From positions 5,642,001-5,706,000 of the forward strand of contig JBHGNT010000018.1 of the NCBI GenBank assembly GCA_043228905.1: 64,000 nucleotides of DNA. Reading direction: 5' to 3'. Origin of the DNA: Azolla caroliniana (taxonomy: Eukaryota > Plantae > Polypodiophyta). The notes beneath the pieces were generated by a model. It saw nothing but the letters and a program-made list of their open reading frames with translations. It was not told the origin of the DNA and did not search any database. Shown in pieces: positions 13,815 to 27,300 of this stretch. Position numbers and translations under genes: made by a program. Position 1 is the first letter of the stretch; every line of letters begins with the position of its first letter.

Positions 13815-14105
13815 TACAGAGCATGACTCTATTGTAACCACCACCAGGCGAAGATTGTGAGCAAGAGGTCGTTCGCTCTGTGCTCCCTGTTGTATTCCTT
13901 GACATAGTGATAGTTTGGAGTCTGTGGGCTCCAGTGGTTTTTCCCCCTCAGGGTTTTCCACGTTAACATACTATGTACCCTCTCTCTCATATTGTCTGTG
14001 TATATGTGCATTTACCCTCATTGCCCATTTCTTCTGTGGTTGTGATTCTAACGAAGTGATTGAAGTCTCGGTTGTGGATGAGCATTATTCCGCCCATTCC
14101 TATCA
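13450..14105 (+). repeat. 3' LTR of Copia B, with (AG)n at about 13754-13811
   Basis: Matches 8730-9361, plus one extra internal repeat unit of about 39 bp. Confidence 0.95.
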
Positions 14106-14126
14106 GGGTTGACCATTGAGGAGGGG

Positions 14127-14763
14127 TGTTAGATATAATCAATGATCAGCCCTAAGTTGTAAATCTATCCCCATATGTGCTCTTAGAGTGCACATTTTGT
14201 GATAGCGCCCCAAATGAGGAGTGGCTAGTGTGCAACTCGACCACATGGGTCGATAAGGTGTTAATCTAGGAAACTATAGATGCGTATGACACAATGGATT
14301 TAGGAAAGAGTGAAATAGGTAATAGGATTGGCTAATCAATTCAACTAGAATATTTTGTGGGCAAGTTACAATGTACTTAGTCTTGACGTATTTGTCATTG
14401 ACTTCAAGATAAGTACTATCTAGCACTAGCATGTATCTAGGGAGTTGGGTCATATTAAATGACAAGTGAGTTGACAAAAAAGGAATATCTCCACTACTAT
14501 CAACTGATATGCACATTTAATGTTACACTTAGACCAAACAGAGAATATAATCCACTTTCTTACACAGTGGTGGATCGATCATCAGTCCCCACTAATTTTG
14601 TAGTGAGTTGGTACAGATCCCATCTAAGCTCTAAGGTGTGAGCGCATGGGTGAACTACCATTGTGAGCTACTCTCATATGTAATAGAAGTTTTGTTTTCA
14701 TATATCCATCTATGTGGTTGTAACTCTATATACCTATCTAATCGATTCTCAATATTTCTAACA
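14127..14763 (+). repeat. 3' LTR of Copia A
   Basis: Matches 3784-4420; followed by TSD TATGT. Confidence 0.95.
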
Positions 14764-15414
14764 TATGTATCCCTCAGTGATCTTCTATTCTATGTATCCC
14801 ATACATGGATAATGAGTTCCAAATTCTTCTCAAAGTTGTGGGTTTCTCATTCATTAATTTCACCACATTGGAGATTGTTGAGAACCAAGCTCAACATTCA
14901 CTACGTAATTGGTTGCGTAACCCAGTGCGTAAATTGGGTGCATAAAACCGTGCGCATAATAGGCCGTAGTGGTGCGTAAACCGAGAGGCCGTTAGGAAGT
15001 TATTCCTCATAAGGAATAATTTTGGGAGTGTGTGTAGCCGGCTCATTTATGAACAGTCAAGTACTGTCAGTACTTGTGTTAGCCCAATTGTTTGGGCTTG
15101 TATAAAATGTTCTCATTGAGCACAAAGCATGTACAGATCGAGAATTATTTTGAATAGAGTTGTGTGTCTGCTCTCTCTCTCTCTGTCTCTCCCTCTCCCT
15201 CTCCCTCTCCATCTCTGTGTTTTCTGCGTTTACCGAATTGTCTTATTTCCGAACTGTGTACTCTGTGTTTATGCACATGCTTCCGCACACGTATTCTTTT
15301 ACATGGTATCAGAGCGAGGGTTGAAGTCCTCTGCAGCCGACAAGAAAAGCTTGCGACAAAACAGAGTTGAAGTTGTTCTTCGTTTTTTTTTTCGGAAAAG
15401 AAAAAGACAGCAAT

Positions 15415-18400
15415 ATGGACAGAGGTATGGGAAGGTCGCGACCGACTGAAAAGCTCGACAGGAGCAACTATGCATCTTGGTCGTACAAGATGCAACAATA
15501 CCTGTTCAGTCACGGCTACTGGAGTTATGTCGAAGGAGCTAATGATGTAGCACCTGATTCGACACACAGAGATTTTTCGGCTTGGGAACAAGTGGCAAGC
15601 ATAGTTCGTTACTGCTTTGCATCTTGTGTGAGCGACCAACTATTGAGCTATATTCGGGATGCTAAGACACCAAAGGACGCGTGGGCGAATCTCAAAAAGA
15701 TTTTCGCCGCAAGCACAACGGCCAGGAAACTACAACTCAGGCTGGAGCTTAGCAATGTCTGGCAGAAAGTTCTGTCTGTGGCCGATTACATGGCCCGAAT
15801 CAAGGAAATCTGTGACTCACTCGCCTCCATCAACGTGAACGTCGAGGAGGACGAGATGGTGCAAGTGTGCCTTGGTGGGCTAGCGTGCAGGTTCGGAGCT
15901 TTCTGAACGACAATCTGTACGAGGGAGAATACGCCTTCGTTTTTCGAGCTTCAATCGATGTTGCTCATAGAGGAAAACCATGTGGGTGCGTTGACAAGTA
16001 CGCACGCTGACGGCAAGATGCTGTACACGGAGGAAGATAGGCCCCGTGGTCGTGGTGGACGAGGCGGATCAGCGTGCAATGGAGGCGGTCGACAAGAGCA
16101 GAACATGCGGCATAATCGAAAGGCCGACAACAGTTCCGGACCCTCCACAAGCAGGGGAAGCTGGCAAGAGAAGGCGGCATCGGAATGTTGGTACTGTGGC
16201 AAGAAAGGCCTCAAGGAGAGCGAGTGCTGGAAAATAACAATCGGCAATGGTTCGGTTTGAACTAAACCGAACCGCGAAATCGCGGTTTAACGGCTTAACG
16301 GTTTCAATGGTTCGGTTCGGTTTCGGTTTGGTTTCAACAGTCAAAAACCGCGGTTTAAATGGTTTAATGGTTTTTATTTTTATTTATTATTAAAAAAATT
16401 AAAAAAATTAAAAAAATTTTAAAAATTTAAAAAAAAATCTAAAAAATTTTAAAATTTGTTTTTAAACAATCTTTTTATTTTTACACCTTATTCTCACATT
16501 TTAGGAACATCTAAGAAATTTTAAAAATTCTAAATAATGAAATGTTATAAATTTTAAAAAATAAAAAATTTGACCTATGTTGAAAACTGAAACCGAACCC
16601 GAACCCGAACCACGAAACCACGGTTTTTACGGTTTAATGGTTTAACAGTTTGAAAAATGTTTAACGGTTTCGCGGTGTTTGGTTCGGTTAGGTTCAGGTT
16701 TCAAAAAATTTAAACGGTTCGGTTTGGACCCTCTCAAACTGAACTGAACCGAACCGAATCGTTGCCGATTGTTACTGGAAAAAGAGAGCCGATTCGAACA
16801 AAGCCGAATCGAGCCGAAGAGACACAGAGAGGCGTCAGAAATCGCACTACCTAGAAGGCTCTAAACGAGTAGAAAACAAATCGGGCCCAACCTTCGTAAT
16901 GAAGCATAAGGCCAATTCTATGGCTGTGAACACCTTGAAATCAAGCGAGGTGTGGGATGTTGATTCCGGAGTGTCAAATCATATGACGAGTCACAAGGAA
17001 TGGTTCTCGTACTTGGAGAAACTGGAATTGCAAGGAGTGGTCAAAACGGGAGATGACACTCTACATACCATCAAACATGTCGGCGAACTTCCCCTCAGCC
17101 ACGTCGGGCAGAAAGGGAAACTCATGAACATGCGGCACGTCCCGACAATAACGAAGAACCCGGTGTCGGTCAGTCAGATCATCAACCAGGGAATGCAGGT
17201 TCGATTCACACATCTCAGTTGCTTCATAGAAGAGGAAAGCAAAGTAATCACGCAAGGGCGCCCTGAAGGGAGGATGTTTATCCTCGACACTAATCAAGCC
17301 GAAACCGCGTTGTATGCGAAAGGACAAAAGGTCGAATTGGATATCGACCTGTGGTACAAGAGGTTCGGCCACGTAAATTTCCCATGGCTTCGTGAGATGC
17401 AGACGAAGAACATTGTTTTCAGCTTGCCGAAATTTCGGGGCCGTAATGGCCAAGTCTGTGAAGCTTGTGAGATGGGAAAACAAAACCGACTTGCATTCCC
17501 CAATGAGCGTAATCGGAGTTGAAATCCGCTCGATTTAATCCATTCGGATGTGTGGGGACCGGCACAAAACGTGAGTCTTGGTGGAAGCCGTTACTTCATA
17601 ACCTTCATCGATGACTTCACTCAGCACACATGGGCATGCACGATCGTGAAGAAGAGCGAAGTCTTCGCATGTTTCCTAAAGGTGAAGAGCCTCGCGGAAA
17701 GGGAAACAGGGCGCAAGATCAAATGCCTACGGTCTGATGGCGGGAAGGAGTACTTCTTCGACCAGTTCACGAGTTATCTACAGAAGGAGGGAATTCGGCG
17801 TGAATTCTTGTGTAGATATATGCCGGAGCAGAATGGCGTAGCTGAAAGGAAGAATCAGACGATTGAAGAAACGGCTAGGGCAATGGTTGAAGAGAAGCAT
17901 ATGCCGAAATTCTATTGGGCCGAAGCCTTGAGGACGGCTGTCTACCTGCAGAATCGGACTTTTGCTAATGGAGGAATGTTGCCACATGAGCTATATTTCG
18001 GAAAGAACCCGAACTTGGCACACTTGAGGATTTTCGGCAGCATCGCGTATGTGCACGTGCCGAAGGAGAAAAGGAGGAAGCTGGATGCCAAAGCCAAGAA
18101 ATGTAACTTAGTCGGCTATTTAGAGAAGCAGAAGGGGTATAAGTGTTATCACCCTCGAACAAAGGAAGTACGCGTAAGTCGAGATGTCATGTTTGACAAG
18201 TCCGCTTCATGGTACTTGCCTTCCCCTCCAGTACCTCATGACTCCATTCCGAATTTTGAGGATGAAGTCAGTGAGACCGAAATGCCTCCGCACGATGAAG
18301 AAGTCGGAGCTCTGAGAGAGAGTCTGATCTCATTTCGGCTAAGTGGGCCGAATGAGGGGTTGGGCCAAAATGGCCAACCTATTGAAGAGACGGCGAGTAG

Positions 18401-20245
18401 TGGAAACTCGACCGTGATGTCCCCGTGTAAAGAACCGAGGAGACGGTTTATGTGCAAGGAGAAGGGCAAGAAGAAAATGCCGGAGTACGATTTCGGCAGC
18501 GCCGAGTCAGTTCAGAGCGAATCTAACATTGAGCTGATCATTAAGGAACCTCCACGGAAGAGGTAAAAATTGGCCGAAAAGGTCGTGAAATCGGGTAATC
18601 ACGAATTACGCCGATCTACCCGCCTGAAGAACCCCGTGAAGAGATATGGGTACAATGAATACATGGTGCACCATTATGCGTACATGACGCGAGTGGCGGA
18701 AGTGCGTGAGCCGGGGAGCTATGCAGAAGCAGCAAAAGACGCAAATTGGCATGCCGCAATGGAGGAAGAGATGCACGCTTTAACGCAGAATGAGACGTGG
18801 GACCGGGTTGACTCACCAAAGGGTGTGAAGCCGATTGGATGTAGGTGGGTGTGCAAGGTCAAATACAACACGGACGGCTCTGTCAACCGATATAAGGCCT
18901 GTTTAGTTGTGAAAGGCTATGCGCAGAAGCATGGCGTGGACTACGACGAGACCTTTGCGCCTGTCGCGAAGATGACTACCGTGCGTGTTCTGCTAGCCGT
19001 AGCTGCGGCAAAGGGGTGGCACTTACATCAAATGGATGTAAAGAACATGTTCCTACAAGGTGATCTTGAGGAACATGTGTATATGGCACAACCCCCCAGA
19101 TTCCTATCCGAACCAAACACTTCGGCAGTTTGCTGATTGAAGAAGTCACTTTATGGACTCAAGCAAGCCCCACGAGCTTGGAATGCAAAGATTACACAAC
19201 AATTGTGTAAGATGGGGTTTTCGACATCGAAGTCTGACTCTTCATTATTTGTTCGACAAAGTCAACACGGCCCGATAAACCTTCTGTTATATGTTGATGA
19301 TTTAATCATCGCCGGTGCGACCTGAACGAAATCTGCTGTGTAAAGTCTCAACTTGCGGCATCATTTGAAATGAAGGATCTTGGAGACCTTCATTACTTCC
19401 TCGGGATCGAAGTGATCCGTACCCCCGTGAATATGCTCTTCAAGTTCGGGATGGCAAATTGTAAGCCCATCTCGACCCCTCTGGACAGAAATGTAAAGCT
19501 TCACTGAGATTCGGGAAAGGCGTGCGACCCGACACGGTTTCAACAAATTGTCAGAAGCCTCATCTATTTGACGATTACTCGGCCGGATCTTAGCTACCCG
19601 ATCGGCTGAATAAGTCAATTTATGTCGCAACCTACGGCCGAACAATTTTAGTGTGCGCAAAGGATATTGTGATATGTAAGCGACACGAAAGAAATGACGT
19701 TGCTATATCGAGCAGGCAGAGCCGAACAGTTAGTTGGCTACACTAATGCCGATTGGGCCGGAAATGCCCACGATCGTAGATCCACATCTGCATACGCATG
19801 CACACTGGGAAGTGCAGCGATCGCGTGGAGCAGAAAAAAGCAGCTGACAGTGGAACTATCGAGCACGGAGGCTGAATATCAAGGGGCGACTGTCGCTACG
19901 TGCGAAGTCATTTGGTTGAAACGACTATTATGGGATCTGCATGTAAAGGTGTCCGATCCGATGACGATCTATTGCGATAACCTCAGCAGTATCCACCTTG
20001 CGAAGAACCCTATATTTCACGCCCGGACCAAACACATTGAGGTGCACTACCATTTTGTCCGTGAGCGGGTCCTTTCAGGTGAAGTCGAACTAGCGTATGT
20101 TTCGACGGATCGGCAGGTTGCCGACATCTTCACCAAGCCTCTTGGTCTCGACAAGTTACGACATTTCTCGGGTGCGCTAGGGTTGCGTCACCTCGACACG
20201 CCAAACTTGAGGGGGGAGAAAGGAAGAACAGGAACAAGAGTGTGA
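15415..20245 (+). pseudogene. Disrupted Copia C gag-pol
   Basis: EKLDRSNYASWSYKM; CWYCGKKG; WDVDSGVSNHM; LRSDGGKEY; [11 protein letters not shown]; LLLYVDDL; FHARTKHIEVHYH; stops, frameshifts and a MITE insertion. Confidence 0.92.
16235..16774. mobile_element. hAT-type MITE, family 1 copy 1
   Basis: TIRs TAACAATCGGCAA...TTGCCGATTGTTA; perfect 8-bp TSD CTGGAAAA; subterminal AACCG/CGGTT repeats around an AT-rich core. Confidence 0.93.
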
Positions 20246-21689
20246 AAGGAGAGGAGGTGTTCATCACGACGGAAGTGACCGTGATGAGGAATTAGACGAA
20301 GAATTCAATTTCGAACCGGTTGAAGAAGCCGAAGAAAGAAGCATGGGCTGTAATCATAGGAAAGAGTCTAAGACAACCGAATTAGGGGGAGATAAGGCCA
20401 AGACGGAGACGTGGTCGGAAGTAGTCAAAGGCCTGAAGACTGAAGACGAATTGGAGACAACCAATTCGGATGAAAGCGGAATTGAATCGGAAACGTTCGA
20501 TTCAATCAAAATGTTCGATTCGGTTATTACGAATCGACTGAGGGACAAGCGGAGAAAAGGGTAGAGAAGGATGCGCCAACACTGTGACGACAAGGGAGCT
20601 GAGAAGGGCCGAACAAGCAGACAAGCTGATTGGAAGGGTCGAAGCGCACGGAATCGAACGGGTCGAGGAGTGCGAGCGAGGCGTGAAGCCAGAAGGAATC
20701 AGAGCGTAGATATGGAAGAGTGGACGGAACCTCAAGTTGAGCTTGAGGGGGAGTGTTGAGAGACAAGCTCAACATTCGGTGCGTAACCTAGTGCGTAATC
20801 AGGGTGCGTACAATCGTGCGCACAATAGGTCGTAGCGGTGCATAAACCGAGAGGCCGTTAGGAAGTTATTCCTCATAAGGAATAATTTTGGGAGTGTGTG
20901 TAGCCGGCTCATTTATGAGCAGTCAAGTACTGTCAGTACTTGTGTCAGCCCAATTGTTAGGGCTTGTATAAAATGTGCTCATTGAGCACAAAGCATGTAT
21001 AGATCGAGAATTATTTTGAATAGAGTTGTGTGTCTGCTCTGCTCTCTCTCTCTCTCTCTTTGTCTCTCCCTCTCCATCTCCATCTTTGTGTTTTCTGTGT
21101 TTACCGAATTGTATTATTTCCGAACTGTGTATGTTGTGTTTACACACATGTATTCTTTTACAGAGATCACCATTACCTAATCTTGTTAGCGACATTTCAA
21201 ACAAACAAGAAAGATAAGGCATTTGACATGCTCACAACAAAATTGACTTGGGACACAACCTATTGTATTGTAAAATATGTGCTTAGAATAATTTCCAATG
21301 TTGTTGAAGAGGATAATATTAAACATTATTTGTAGGCCCCCTCCCCTTCTACCATTCAAGATTAAGGGTAGGTCTGACTTATATGTACTTGTTGGCAAAA
21401 ATTTGTATTCTCATGAATGGTGATTCTTATAGTATGATTCCAAATGGTAAAAAATCTACGATAAGTAATGAGCAATCCAATCCATAAGTTAATCACTTCC
21501 ACATGTTGAGTTGTTCTCAAATATATGCAAAAGAGAAACTCACCTCAACATGTTTTAACAATGCACTCCAACATGGCATGCTTTATAACTGGAGTATGAA
21601 TTGGATAAAACTATTATATATAGATGAAAACGTAAATAAGGTAAACAACTCTTATATAATGATGTAAATTTTGATGTATATTGGAATTA

Positions 21690-23600
21690 AAGACAATTGT
21701 GTGGGTTGAAAAAAATAGTGGAAGGGCTTCTAGACAAGCCGACTTTCCAAAACACCATAACAAGTTGCAACATTGACCATCTTATCACCTTTCCAATGTT
21801 AATAGAAGAAAGTCTCTTGCGAGGTAAACTTCAAGAAAGTTTTTGGTACAATACCTTGGGAGAATCTTTGGAGGTGCACAACTCGGGTACCTAGTGAAGA
21901 TATGCTTGCAATTTCTTGAATCCATGAGAAGGTTATTTGCCATGTGCATATGGGTACTCGATATTTAGATTTTTTCAATAGCACTATTTGTTTGAAGTAA
22001 TGATACCCACTCTCACCAACTCTATTTGGCTTATGTTGATGAATTAGAATAAAGAGTTTCCAAGCTTGTAAAGGAAGAGGATATTGAAGAAGTTTTCATT
22101 AGGAATGTACTCATAATGCTTTTGTTGCTCACAAATGATGTGGTGTTTTTTGCAAATACTTTAGAAGTTGCATAAAAGTTAATGAGGGCATTGGAAGAGT
22201 TTTGCATGGATACTAAGTTGGGTTTCAATAGCTCTAAAATTAATGTTATTTGTAAAGAGCCAAAATAAGGATAAACCATGCGTCATGTAACATGTGGTGG
22301 AAGTATGGGGAAATAACATACGCAAGTTTGCTTGGAAAGAGTTTGAAAATGTCCAAAGAGTTTCTTGAAGTTAAGAAACAAACACCATACAACTTCTTGT
22401 TGCTTGAGATAAGATCACTTCCCATTAATATCGTAGCCATAGAAAGAGTTTGTTGAATACATGATTAAGGTTTCGAAAAGTCCCTCAGATTGACTTCTTA
22501 GAATCTTTTGGTTGGAAGCAAAATGATCCAAAAGACACATAAAAGCAACATTTTGTGTTCTAGTTAGATGCACGATATGGAAAAATGGTTTGGATGATGG
22601 ATGCAACACACTTGATTCATGATGCATCGATGGGTTCCTCTCTGAACGAGGCCTTTTTGTAATGCTCATGTATCATCACATGGAAGAAGTGTGGACACTC
22701 ACCACACATTATCCCTTATTATGTTGCACCTAATTAAAAAAACAAGTTTCTTTGTCAAATGGGGAATGCACAAACACCAATACGTAGTAGAGCTCATCTC
22801 ATTGTTTGTCATATGAACCATTTCTTGCTCTTCACATGCTCGGCATATAGTGCAATTCGTTCAAGTTATGTTGACATACTAAGAGGGAGTGATAACTTAA
22901 AGTGCCATACTTAAGACACCACCGAGAAGGTTGAGCTCATATGTGTATGCTTTATTCATGCATAGAGACTTTGTGCTTCAATGTACAAATACCCCTTCGT
23001 AGGAAGGAGATACTAACAATCAACAACGGTTCAGTTCAGTTAGAGGGGGTCAAAACCAAACCGTTTAAAATTTTAGAAACTTGAACAGAACCAAACCACG
23101 AAACCGTTAAACCAAACCATTAAAAAAATTTCAAACCATTAATCCATTAAACCGGTAAAACTGCGGTTTCATGGTTCGGTTTCAGTTTTCAACTTAGGTC
23201 AAATTTTAAAATTTAAAAGATTTCATTATTTTAAATTTCAAAATTTTAAAGATTTTCCTAAAATGTGAGAATAAGGCATGAAAATGAAAAGATTGTTTAA
23301 AAACAAAAATTTTAACTTTTTTTTAAAATAAAAAAAACAACAACAATCGTTAAACCATTTAAACCGCGGTTTCTAACTATTGAATCTGAACCGAATCGTT
23401 AAAAAAAACCTGAACTTGAACTTGAACCAAACCAAACCAAACTAAATTGTTTTAACGGTTAAACCACGATTTCACGGTTCAATTCAATTCAAACCGAACC
23501 TTTGCCGATTGTTAGCAAACACATATCAAGAACACATGTATACTCTAGTCCCATAGGTCAAAAGTGGCCTCTTTATGGACAATAAAAATTCGAATTATTG
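21690..23600 (+). mobile_element. Degenerate LINE (RT region plus 3' end) interrupted by a MITE
   Basis: Remnant RT motifs IDHLITF, YPLSPTLFG and LLTNDVVF; 3' end near ...GGACAATAAAAATTCGAATT; boundaries approximate. Confidence 0.6.
23014..23514. mobile_element. hAT-type MITE, family 1 copy 2, inverted relative to 16235-16774
   Basis: TIRs TAACAATCAACAACGG...TTGCCGATTGTTA; the interior is the reverse complement of copy 1; decayed TSD (GGAGATAC/GCAAACAC). Confidence 0.88.
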
Positions 23601-24389
23601 TATACAACTTGGTTCACACTCATTTTGATGTGAGATGAATTGGAGCATAAGTGAGGAAACTAGTTGCCTCTGGATATTTTATCCAAAACAAATTTATGAG
23701 TTTGAGTATCACAGTTTGATAAAATGCTTTGCCTTTGATGACATTCAACTATGCTTTCCACATCTTTAATCCAACAGAACCATTGCAGTAATGGAAGCAA
23801 AGCTTAGCGATTATATGGAGACCCTAAATCTTCGCACACCTGAACAGGCTGACTTTAGACAAGCCTTTTCTAATATTGATCATATCTTCACACTTAGATG
23901 CTTAATTGACCAGACTAAGGCTCGCAAGAAGAAATTATATTGTTGTTTTGTGGACTTCCGCAAAGCATTTGACGCGGTTCCTAGAAAGTGGTTGTTTGAT
24001 AGGCTTAAAAGCTTGAGGATACCAGGTGACATGATTTGGGCCATCTACGCGCTATATGAGAAAGTCTCCGGGTGCATCAGATGCCTAGGTGGTCTATCCA
24101 ATTGCTTCACTAGCACTATTGGTGTAAAATAAGGTTGCCCCCTATCACCGACTCTTTTTGGGATCTACATTGATGAGATCACAGATTTTATCGCTCGTAA
24201 GGGAGGCAACAGAGTAGTCCTTGGGAATACGCAGGTTCGTATCTTTCTCTATGCAGACGACATAGTTTTGCTCTCTGAATCTAAACACGACCTACAAAGG
24301 CATCTAAATGCATTAGATTACTTTTGCACACAATGAGGATTGGTAGTAAATCTAGGGAAAATGAAAGTCCTTATCTTTCACACAACAAC

Positions 24390-27300
24390 TGTCACGGATG
24401 AACAATTAGAAGATAAAGAGATGGATAAGTTGATGACAATGAGTAAGAACATCTATTCCATGATTGGTGTTGATCTCCTTGATGTTAACAAGGGAGATCA
24501 ACCCTTTTTATACATGTTACATTGTAGTGATGCATGATAAGTATGTTCATGCCAAGTCTTACATACTATATCAAGCATACTAATTCTTGCATGCCAAGTC
24601 TTAAATACTGAGTCTTACATACTTTGTCTTACATACCACTCTTTATACAAAGGTTTAAAGTCTAAAGTTTGTCTAGGAGAAATATATATATACAATGAAC
24701 TAAGATTCAAATATGAGTCGATGTTCATGACATTATCCTCCCCTTAAGCGCCAACTTCAAGAAGGTGCAAGTTTGTGAGGATATCGGAGATGGAAATCAT
24801 GAACCACTTCCAGGGCATTTCGTAAATGTCTAGCGGGCTCCCATGTGGCCTTAGAGATGGGATATCCTTTCCATAAGACCAGATACTGGAGCTTTTGTCG
24901 TCTCTTGCACGAGTCTAGAATGGTCTCGACTTCATACTCATCCCCGGTCGTCAAAGCCACAGGGGGGGTGCCTCAATGCTTCTTCCTGGAATTGAGGATG
25001 GATGATAGAGCTCAAGAAGTGATGCATTGAAGACATTGTGAATTCGGTAGTGTGATGGAAGAGCAAGACGGAAAGCCACAGGGTTGACTTTGTCAATGAT
25101 GCAGAATAGACCCAACTTTTTGTAATCAAGTTTGTTGCATGGGCGAGTTGTCAAAATATGCCGACGTAATAGTTAGACCATGTCACCGACTTTAAAACCA
25201 AGCGCAGCCCGCCGATGTCGATCAACCTTCTCTTTGTGTCGTTCCTGAGCAATGGAGAGTTCTAGGGATAGGTCATGATGCACTTCTTTCATCACAGAAC
25301 TAGCAGGGATAGCTATGCTAAAGCGTGGGTGGAACCCATAATTTGCAAAAAGGGTGTTACGCTAGTTGATGTGTGGAGAGTATTGTTGTAGGCGAACTCA
25401 ACCATTGGAAGAAATTTGATCCAATCATCTTGTTGCTAACTTATCATACATCAGAGATATTGATCTATGATCTGATTTACTTGTTCTGTTTGGCATCTAT
25501 CTCAGGATGGAAGGTTGTCGAAAATTTTATGGAAGTTCCAAGAGTCTGGAAGAGGCGCTTCCAAAAATGAGACATAAATTGGGGACCGCGATCAGAGATA
25601 ATGTCATTCAATAAACCGTGAAGGTGCACAATATTTGTTAATAATAGATCTGTTGTTTCCATCCCTGAAATTGCTTTAGAACATGGAATAAAATGCGCCA
25701 TCTTTGTGAATCTATCAACCACCACCAATACTAAATTGAATCCCTCAATGTCGGGAAGGTCAGTGATAAAATCCATCGAGATGGAGGCCCATGGCCTACT
25801 TGGAATTGGCAGAGGTTGAAGTAGACCGTAGGGACGATGATGTACTACTTTGGCGTGGGCACATGTATCACATGTTTTCACGAAATTTTTAACAAGTTTC
25901 CAAGGTTGCAGCCACCAATAACTTCTAGAGATTAACTCCAAAGTTTTTGCAATGCCAAAATGTCCAGCTAGGGCATCATCATGGCATTCCCTCACGATCA
26001 TGAGGCGGAACCATGGGGGTTATGGACTGGAAGGATTTAGAGCTCACCTGTACAACAGAAGCAAGATTTACACATAAGACATATAGGTGAAAGAAAACAT
26101 TCGTTTATATCAAAATAATAGATTCTTTTATAATATAAGAATTGTGTTACAACGGATTGGATATGAAAATGAGAGATAATTTTGAAAGAAGGATTTGGCC
26201 ACCATATAAGGAGTGGTTCGATATGAATATCAGAGATTGTTTTTCCCAGCAATGGAGAGAATGAAAAGAAGAAAAAAGAAAAAAGAAAAAAGAGAAAGAG
26301 TGTGCAATATATATAGAGTTCTTTGTTGATCATGGCCCTTGATGTTCCGTTGCATGCATCCGCACATGACCTTTCTTTAGTTGCATGGCCTCTACTTTTT
26401 AGTCGCATACCTCTACTTTTAGTTGCATGCGTCCACACATGGCGTTTTTGCTACATGTAACCGACCCGTGCACTACGAACGCTCAAAGCGTGCAGGCATC
26501 CGTGCGTGTTATCCGTCAATGCATCGCGACCAAGCCGTGCACGGATGCCTGCATGGTTTAGTCACGCTCTAACCGTACAGGCATCCGTGCCCCTAGTCAT
26601 CGAGCCGTGAGCACCTCGACCGCTCAAACCGTGCAATCATCCATGCACTACGGATCGCTCCAAATGGCCAAAGAACTTGTGAAAATAACTTGTGCACTAC
26701 GAACAACCCATGCACCAAGCACCCAGATATGAGGTAATGGGTTTGAGATCTGCTTATATAATGTGGGATCTTATGTTGTCCTATCTATGTGGGATATCTC
26801 ACAGTTTTGTTTTCCTCATCTTCTCAACTTCATACTCACATAACTTGATACTTAGTTGTTCGTTTCATATGTAGAAAAATGTGTTTGAAAGCTCTTGAAA
26901 ACGTCCATCTTTTTGTACTAAGCCATTTAAGCTAATCTAAAACAATTATTTCACTATTTCTTTATATCGTGTGTGAAGAGTTTTGTTTTCCTCATCTTCT
27001 CAACTTCATACTCACATAACTTCATACTTAGTTATTTGTTTCATATGTAGAAAAATGCGTTTGAAAGTTGTTGAAGACGCCCATCTTTTTGTACTAAGCC
27101 ATTTAAGCTAATCTAAAACAATTATTTCACTATTTTTTTATATCGTGTGTGAAGACTTTTGTTTTCCTCATCTTCTCAACTTCATAGACACATAACTTGA
27201 TACTTAGTTGTTCGTTTCATATGTAGAAAAATGCGTTTGAAAGCTCTTGAAGACGCCCATCTTTTTGTACTAAGCCATTTAAGCTAATCTAAAACAATTA

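Larger units (their letters stand above)
8730..14105 (+). mobile_element. Ty1/Copia element B (Tnt1/Tork-like), nested just upstream of the Copia A PPT
   Basis: LTRs 8730-9361 and 13450-14105; TSD GGGTT; PBS TGGTATCAGAGC at 9365; PPT GAAGGGGGAG before 13450. Confidence 0.96.
3784..14763 (+). mobile_element. Ty1/Copia element A, full length; hosts Copia B and a LINE fragment
   Basis: 637-bp LTRs TGTTAG...CTAACA at 3784-4420 and 14127-14763; 5-bp TSD TATGT; PBS TGGTATCATAG at 4421 (tRNA-iMet type); PPT GAGGAGGGG just before 14127; domain order gag-PR-INT-RT-RH. Confidence 0.96.
14876..21162 (+). mobile_element. Ty1/Copia element C, full length; hosts a hAT MITE
   Basis: LTRs 14876-15303 and 20754-21162; TSD GAGAT; PBS TGGTATCAGAGC at 15304; PPT GAGGGGGAG before 20754. 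Confidence 0.95.
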
